This document shows positions 58,139-64,000 of a stretch of 64,000 bases of DNA, one piece after another; positions within the stretch are counted from its first letter, which is position 1, and every line of letters starts with the position of its first letter. Both the position numbers and the translations under genes were made by a program. The notes under the pieces are model-generated. The model was given only the letters and a program-made list of their open reading frames with translations, was not told where the DNA came from and did not search any database. This DNA comes from a virus (taxonomy: Duplodnaviria; Caudoviricetes): the IMG/VR virus record IMGVR_UViG_3300010882_000012, one strand, 5' to 3'.

Positions 58139-58717
58139 TTAAATTTCTTTAATTGGTATCATTTTTGTTGCTGCAATTTCTTTTCTACAAGTAACATAAA
58201 GTGCTCCTTTTGGAATAATACATTCTACTACAACAAAGAAAAAACTAAGTTTTTGAGAAATAGTACATTCTTTCCGTAATTTAGTTTTTCTCCTGTTTGC
58301 TTTCCACTTTTTCGTAAATCCATGTAAACCGTCCATTACTGCAACATCTTCGAAAAAATCATTCCAAATTGATTCTTTATCAAAATAACGGTCAACTCTA
58401 ATATTATCCTCAAACTTAATTTCACCTTTATTTTTCCAACCTTCACATTTAAAAGTCCTTAATTCTTCATCATAAATGAAAGTTACTGCATCACAAATAA
58501 AACCATTTAAATATCTTTGCTCTTTACCAAAACTCAATTTAAGATTAGAATTTTTAATATAACCTAAATCCCATTCTTCATCAAAATAAGGCGAAAAATA
58601 TCCATTTTTTACTATACCAAAATCATTAAGATCACAAACGCGTTTAAAAACTTTGTAGCAAATAATATCTTCAGTTGCTATCTTAATTTTAGTTCTCTTT
58701 TTACAGTTTAAGCACAT
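58139..58717 (-). CDS. Family paralogue 2
   Basis: KIATEDIICYKV, SPYF, DGLHGF, CIIPKGA. Confidence 0.8.
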   Translation of the reverse strand: MCLNCKKRTKIKIATEDIICYKVFKRVCDLNDFGIVKNGYFSPYFDEEWDLGYIKNSNLKLSFGKEQRYLNGFICDAVTFIYDEELRTFKCEGWKNKGEIKFEDNIRVDRYFDKESIWNDFFEDVAVMDGLHGFTKKWKANRRKTKLRKECTISQKLSFFFVVVECIIPKGALYVTCRKEIAATKMIPIKEI

Positions 58718-59135
58718 GTTAAAGTTGTTTAATTAATTTTAATTTTGTTGTTACTATTTTACTTTTTCTTTCAATATAAAGTTCTTTCTGTTACAATTAA
58801 GCACATTATTTTCTTTTCTTTTTCTTATTCTTCATATACCAATCATCAAGTCTATTAAAATGAGCTTCATTCTTAAAACATGTCAAATTCAAATCTTGAC
58901 AAAGATTATATGCACTAAAATTATGATCGGAATATTTTGTTTTCTTCCAATGACAATCTCTTTCAATATAGCACTTTTTACATTTTGTTTGATTTAAAAT
59001 TCTAATCATTTGAATAGAAAGAAAAATTAAAGCACATATTGATCCGATTATTAAGAATCCACAAATATAGGCTCCTATTTTATTTGCTAAATCAATTCCA
59101 GATAATTCAATTGAACATTATAATAATATTATCTC

Positions 59136-59477
59136 TTAATAATATTTTTCAAATATTCGGCACTTTTCTCCATCTGTGCCATTTGTATCATCACCTTTAA
59201 GACAACAAAATCCTTCATAATCACCAGTATGTGATGGTGTATCAAAGTGTATACATTTTTTACAATTCTTTTGTTTTCTTTTTTCTTCTTTTTCCATGAA
59301 TCTTAATTGCTTTCCATAACCTGGCCAATATTTTAAAAGAAACATGATAACCTTAGGTATTGATCCGGAAACTAATTTTCCTTCAGGGTGTTTACTAGCA
59401 AATTTGATTACATCATTGTAAAAAATTTGTTCAGAAGTTTTATTCTCTGCTAAGAAAGTAATTAAATAGTGTGTCAT
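59136..59477 (-). CDS. Hypothetical protein
   Basis: 113-aa ORF, Cys-rich C terminus. Confidence 0.65.
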   Translation of the reverse strand: MTHYLITFLAENKTSEQIFYNDVIKFASKHPEGKLVSGSIPKVIMFLLKYWPGYGKQLRFMEKEEKRKQKNCKKCIHFDTPSHTGDYEGFCCLKGDDTNGTDGEKCRIFEKYY

Positions 59478-60340
59478 TATCTGATGTGTTTTAAATTATC
59501 TGATGTGTTTTAAATAGTTCCATTTTCTGATCATTATAATCATTGAAATTAAATTAAATATTGGTACAAAAGCCATTACAATAAAAACGGGTTTTACCCA
59601 TCCTTTCAACGTCATCGTTTTCGCAGCTTTGCTAATTCCTTCTGGTTTTATGAACATGAAAAGAAAAGTCAAAAATAATGCAATTAAGTAAACTGTCAAT
59701 AAGAAAAATCCAATTAATCCTGCCATATTTTAGTTTGTTTCTTGTTTTTCAAGTAGCACATAGCAAAATGAATATGCATCTTTTCTTGCTTCACACTGTC
59801 CTATTGTTCCTGGAGAATTTATTGCTGCACAAGCACTCATGGATTTTACAATCCATCCATTATTCAATAATTGAGATAAAGTATCAAAATCTCTTTCTTC
59901 TACTCTAAGTATTTTTTGTACTATTCTTGATTCTTTTAGTTTTTCTTTTTCCATTTTAATTTTCAATTAAAATTCCTGGTATTACTTTTAGTTCTTCAAA
60001 AATTTTATCTGCATGTTCTTCATCCTCTATGAAATATCCTTGTCTCACTCCATAGGTTTGCAAACTTGTTTTATAATCTTTCCATTTTATCCAAGCATTA
60101 ATTACTCGTTGTGCTTCCTTCTCTTCTATAATTGAAATATTTTTACTCGGCATTACAACTGTAACTGAACTAAATGAAAATTTAACATAATTAGCTGGCC
60201 CTACTTCTGAAAATTTCATGTTAGGATTTAAAGTCTTATTATTGAAAGTTTCAATTCTTTCAATTTTGTCAAGGTCGATATAATCACTAATCTGACCTTC
60301 ACTGTTTTTAATTGTTAAAATCTGTTTCATATTTTCTGTT

Positions 60341-60676
60341 TTAAAAATTGAATGTTGCAAAAAGTGGCATTTTACCATAACATGAATTCATTATCATTTT
60401 GTAATATCCAATTTTTGCTTTTTGTTGTCTAAGTGTAACTTTTTGTGCAATGATAGTCATTAGGTCATCTACATTAGAATTTGGATGTACTGTAATTTCT
60501 CCATAAGAAATATCATCAAACCTAATTTCAACTTTAATAGATTTCTTTTCGGAAGTTGATTCAAGTCTCATCCTTCTTACTATATCATCCCATCTTTCTT
60601 TGTCATCCTTTTGAAAACTTGCTTCATAACTTTTCGGAGTTCTACAAATACCACCGTAAATTCTTAATGTTGTCAT
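60341..60676 (-). CDS. Hypothetical protein
   Basis: 111-aa ORF ending KMIMNSCYGK. Confidence 0.65.
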   Translation of the reverse strand: MTTLRIYGGICRTPKSYEASFQKDDKERWDDIVRRMRLESTSEKKSIKVEIRFDDISYGEITVHPNSNVDDLMTIIAQKVTLRQQKAKIGYYKMIMNSCYGKMPLFATFNF

Positions 60677-60690
60677 TATTTTTTAATTTT

Positions 60691-61224
60691 TTATTCTAAT
60701 TCTTTTATTAATTGTATTTTACTTGCTGCTATTAAAAATCCTTTTTGTACTATAATAGAACCTTTTGGAATTACACATTCGCATACAACAAAATGATTCC
60801 AGGAATAACAACGGGGAATAATTGTATAATTCATCATCCATTTAGCACGCCAAATTTTAGTACAAGCATGTAATCCTTCATTAATTTCAATTTGGCTTAA
60901 TTTTTTATTAGTCAAACTTCTATTATTAGGATGTAAAAATGTAATGGCTTTTTGTTCTCCTTTTGATTCATCAAAAATAGTAGAAAGTTTAATTTTTTCT
61001 AATATATCCCTCTTGTAACCTTTATCATGAAAAAATTCTAAAACTACTTCTGAAGATTTTTCTTCACCTAATTGCCAATTTGTCATAGTATACCAAGGTG
61101 AAATATATTCAAATTTTGATTCAGCACCAAGAACATGCTTTTCTCTTTTAAGAAAAATTTTAAAAACTTTAATATCTTCCTTTGCTATTTGAATTTTAGT
61201 TCTTTTCTTTATTACTAAGCACAT
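60691..61224 (-). CDS. Family paralogue 3
   Basis: QIAKEDIKVFKI, SPWY, EGLHAC, CVIPKGS. Confidence 0.8.
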   Translation of the reverse strand: MCLVIKKRTKIQIAKEDIKVFKIFLKREKHVLGAESKFEYISPWYTMTNWQLGEEKSSEVVLEFFHDKGYKRDILEKIKLSTIFDESKGEQKAITFLHPNNRSLTNKKLSQIEINEGLHACTKIWRAKWMMNYTIIPRCYSWNHFVVCECVIPKGSIIVQKGFLIAASKIQLIKELE

Positions 61225-61437
61225 ATTGTTAATTTTTAAATTGTAAAACGATATTCTATTAATTCATCTGTTCTTACTCTTCCTTTAGGATGTTTCTTTG
61301 TATATTTGCGATAATTTTTATCATCTAACTTTTTATGAATTTCAAAGTTTGAAAATAACAAAAAACTTAGAACAATTTTAACAAAAAGTAAAACTGTAAT
61401 TAGTTTCTTTTTATCTTTTCCCATTTTTCTTTTTGAT

Positions 61438-61887
61438 TTAATTATCTTTTGCATCAATTAATTTAAACATTTGCTGAATACGATATTTAAGACCTTCATA
61501 ATCCGATCTGTTTAATTTTTTCAACTCCCTACAATTTTGTTTTACAACATCCATTAATCTTGTAATACTTTTTTGACGTTCAGAAACTCGCATATTTTGA
61601 ACCATCTTAAGATTTAAAGAACCATAAACATAACAAACAATTGGCTCTTTTGAAAATAGATCTTTTTCTGTAACAGTTAAAAAATCGTCTCCATTATAAG
61701 GAACTTTAATTGTGAATGTACTATAGTTGTTGTTCTTGTAAATATTTTTTTCTAATAACGTAATTTCCAATTCTTTATTATGAAGATTGGGATTTTTAAT
61801 TCCCTCAATTTCAAGAGACTCAATAGTATTGGCTGGTGTTAAAAAATGGATTTTATCTCCTATTTTTAGTTGGCAAAATTTCTTCAT
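61438..61887 (-). CDS. Hypothetical protein
   Basis: 149-aa ORF. Confidence 0.65.
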   Translation of the reverse strand: MKKFCQLKIGDKIHFLTPANTIESLEIEGIKNPNLHNKELEITLLEKNIYKNNNYSTFTIKVPYNGDDFLTVTEKDLFSKEPIVCYVYGSLNLKMVQNMRVSERQKSITRLMDVVKQNCRELKKLNRSDYEGLKYRIQQMFKLIDAKDN

Positions 61888-62542
61888 ATAGTTCTAAGTT
61901 TTCGATTAATTTTAATTGATTGGTTACTACTTCACTTCCATTTTTAACTATTATAGAACCAGCTGGAATAATACCTCGATATAGTTTAAAAGTTCCTTGA
62001 TATTCTTTTTCTATTCTTAGATTCCATTCTTTGCAAAGATGTCTTGCCCAACTTTCTTCAACAAAAGCATGTAGTCCTTGATTAATTGCAATACTTTCTA
62101 ATTTTGAAGAAACAGACTTTAAAGTTTTTAATCCACTAACATCATTCTTTGATGGTACTTCATCTCCAAAACTTTCTATTGTGTATTCCAATTTGTGAAA
62201 GTGTTTGTTCATGATTTCTTCTAAATTCAATCCGGCTTCATTTTTATCAAGTTGAACTGTTTTAGAAAAGTACTTGTAACTAAAAGTTGTTGGTCCTTCA
62301 GGTGGATCTTTATGATTACATGTAGATTCTTCTAAAACATGGATGTAATAGGCAATTAATTTTGAATTTCTAACCTTATTTAATTTCCAACAAAATAATG
62401 GTTTTCTATGTGCTGGTGAAACTATTAATTTCTTTCCTTCTTTACCAATATGAAAATCATCAATTTCTTGAACTATTTTAAAAACTTCTCTATCTTGATC
62501 CAACAAAATTACTTTTGTTTCTCTATTACAATCTAAGCACAT
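61853..62542 (-). CDS. Family paralogue 4
   Basis: DREVFKI, SPAH, QGLHAF, GIIPAGS. Confidence 0.8.
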   Translation of the reverse strand: MCLDCNRETKVILLDQDREVFKIVQEIDDFHIGKEGKKLIVSPAHRKPLFCWKLNKVRNSKLIAYYIHVLEESTCNHKDPPEGPTTFSYKYFSKTVQLDKNEAGLNLEEIMNKHFHKLEYTIESFGDEVPSKNDVSGLKTLKSVSSKLESIAINQGLHAFVEESWARHLCKEWNLRIEKEYQGTFKLYRGIIPAGSIIVKNGSEVVTNQLKLIENLELYEEILPTKNRR

Positions 62543-62554
62543 ATTACGAATTTT

Positions 62555-63094
62555 TTAATTTTTACAATCGTTAATATAATCAACATATTGTTTTTCATGT
62601 ACACCTACTATTTTTAATTTTGATGAAACGTAATCTCCTTTTTCATTTCTAATAAAAACAGCACCTTTTGGAATAATAGCATCAAAGAAAACATCACTAC
62701 TATCAGTACACATTAAGTCTGATACTCTTTTAAAAGTATCTGAAGAATGAATTCCATCTCTTACCAACTTTCGACATACTTTTGACAAATGTTCATTTGC
62801 TAATTTGACACCCGTTTTAGTAGCTATAACCCGATAAATCCTTTGAAAACCTACTACATCTTTATTCTTTTGCCAATCATCATCATCCTTAAAGTGACTA
62901 ACACGAATTTCAGCTTTATTAGTACTTCCCAATTTCCATGATGTTCCTCTATAAACGGGAGAATACAAAATTTCATGTTCTGAAACCGGAGCTTTTAAAA
63001 AAGAACACCATGTTTCTCGAACTAAAAGTTTAACAACCGGAATATCTTCTATTGCGATTTGAAATTTGCTTGATTCTGAAAGTAATAGACACAT
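62555..63094 (-). CDS. Family paralogue 5
   Basis: QIAIEDIPVVKL, SPVY, DGIHS, AIIPKGA. Confidence 0.8.
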   Translation of the reverse strand: MCLLLSESSKFQIAIEDIPVVKLLVRETWCSFLKAPVSEHEILYSPVYRGTSWKLGSTNKAEIRVSHFKDDDDWQKNKDVVGFQRIYRVIATKTGVKLANEHLSKVCRKLVRDGIHSSDTFKRVSDLMCTDSSDVFFDAIIPKGAVFIRNEKGDYVSSKLKIVGVHEKQYVDYINDCKN

Positions 63095-63095
63095 C

Positions 63096-63413
63096 TTAAT
63101 TTCTCCTATTATTAATTGTTGTTAAATTTGTTACAGTCCATATATGAATATCTTCCTCTATACAATCGCGGCTTTTTTCATTAAGCAATATTGTAATCTG
63201 TTTTCTTAAAACTTCAAGTAATTCATGTTCAACATATTTTGAACTACATGTAACCGTAATTTCAAATCTTCCATTTGGATAATTGCCTGAACACAAGTAA
63301 CAAAATTGTGATGGTTTTCCAAGTTGTACCGTTGTTCCTAAAATAATAAAATTAAGAAAAGAAAACAACGTAGCAAAACTAACTAAAATTATCATAACTG
63401 TAAAAAAGTTCAT
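63096..63413 (-). CDS. Membrane-anchored hypothetical protein
   Basis: N-terminal hydrophobic helix. Confidence 0.6.
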   Translation of the reverse strand: MNFFTVMIILVSFATLFSFLNFIILGTTVQLGKPSQFCYLCSGNYPNGRFEITVTCSSKYVEHELLEVLRKQITILLNEKSRDCIEEDIHIWTVTNLTTINNRRN

Positions 63414-64000
63414 ATTTCTAAAATTTTAAGGTTTAACATTTTAAGCATCCAGAACCACTATAATTTCCACAACTATGGTAAGTAATTCCTAAGTAATTTT
63501 CATAATAATCATTACAACATCCAGAACAATTTTCTTCTTCATCTTCATTTTCTAAATCTCTTACCGGTTTTACAGATTCTTTACATTTTGGACAATAAAA
63601 AAGTTGGTGCAATTTCATTATTAAGTTCAGTACCACACATTGGACAAAAGTACAATTTTTTTCATATCTTTAAATTTTGATTGATTACTAAATTTCAATT
63701 GTTTCCATACACCAAATTCTAATATCAGGACAACGATCAAGATCGAAAATTAACCTTTTACGATTTCTGTTTACATCATAACCTTGAAATTCATGATAAT
63801 CTTCTATGAAATATCCGGCATATTGAAAATTAGTACGATTAAGTCCATTGTAAACAGCAAGTAAAAATCTGTTAGGTCCTGAAAGTGAATTTTCATACAC
63901 TTTTTTATCCAAAGTATTTTGGTGTACAAAATATTGTGGAAATTCGGTTTTCCATCTACGATAAATCCTTGTTTTAATGTAATCCAAAAACTGAAACCAA

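Noticed and set aside
24-59908. Plus-strand and nested minus-strand ORFs in the track (e.g. 1661, 18049, 39498, 40349, 42881, 44981)
   Set aside because: Shadows of real minus-strand genes or of the structured RNA; no start signals and atypical composition.
60341-60676. KMIMNSCYGK as family B DNA polymerase motif B
   Set aside because: Isolated motif in a 111-aa ORF with no motifs A or C; cannot be called a polymerase.
1-64000. tRNA or rRNA genes
   Set aside because: No cloverleaf with a GTTCRA T-loop recognised in the intergenic gaps; tRNAscan-SE/ARAGORN would be decisive.

Overview
A 64-kb segment of a large, AT-rich (jumbo-type) dsDNA phage genome, most likely infecting Bacteroidota. Host evidence: a T9SS-sorted cargo gene, a Bacteroidota-like SerRS fragment, TAnnTTTG-like -7 promoter boxes and A-rich, SD-less translation starts. 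Essentially all real genes are on the minus strand in genetic code 11. 1-7.6 kb holds late/structural genes (putative-Ig repeat protein, SAM methyltransferase, collagen-containing fibre-like protein) and an RHH + TCLEKYG-repeat cassette, with T4-like TATAAATA-type boxes. 7.7-31 kb is a very AT-rich run of small ORFs including YopX, an RNA ligase, an ABC-type ATPase, a stand-alone SerRS tRNA-binding arm and a degenerate gp4/TnsA-like nuclease. 31.7-57 kb is an accessory, probably early, region cut into short units by a fixed-length (59 bp) promoter motif: 16 copies in the window, 13 here, half physically fused to a terminator. It encodes a WGR-PARP (H-Y-E triad) and a PncA + NadE + NAMPT-family operon whose NAMPT lacks the nicotinamide-selecting Asp, pointing to a deamidating NAD+ rebuilding route. 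Directly upstream of the PARP is a cluster of apparently non-coding units, two of which are GC-rich structured RNAs sharing a core motif. Two transcripts have 5' leaders perfectly complementary (15-16 nt) to their own pre-terminator trailers. 57-64 kb carries five dispersed paralogues of one unknown family. No tRNA, rRNA or CRISPR array was recognised. All functional calls come from motif recognition by eye; no searches were run.
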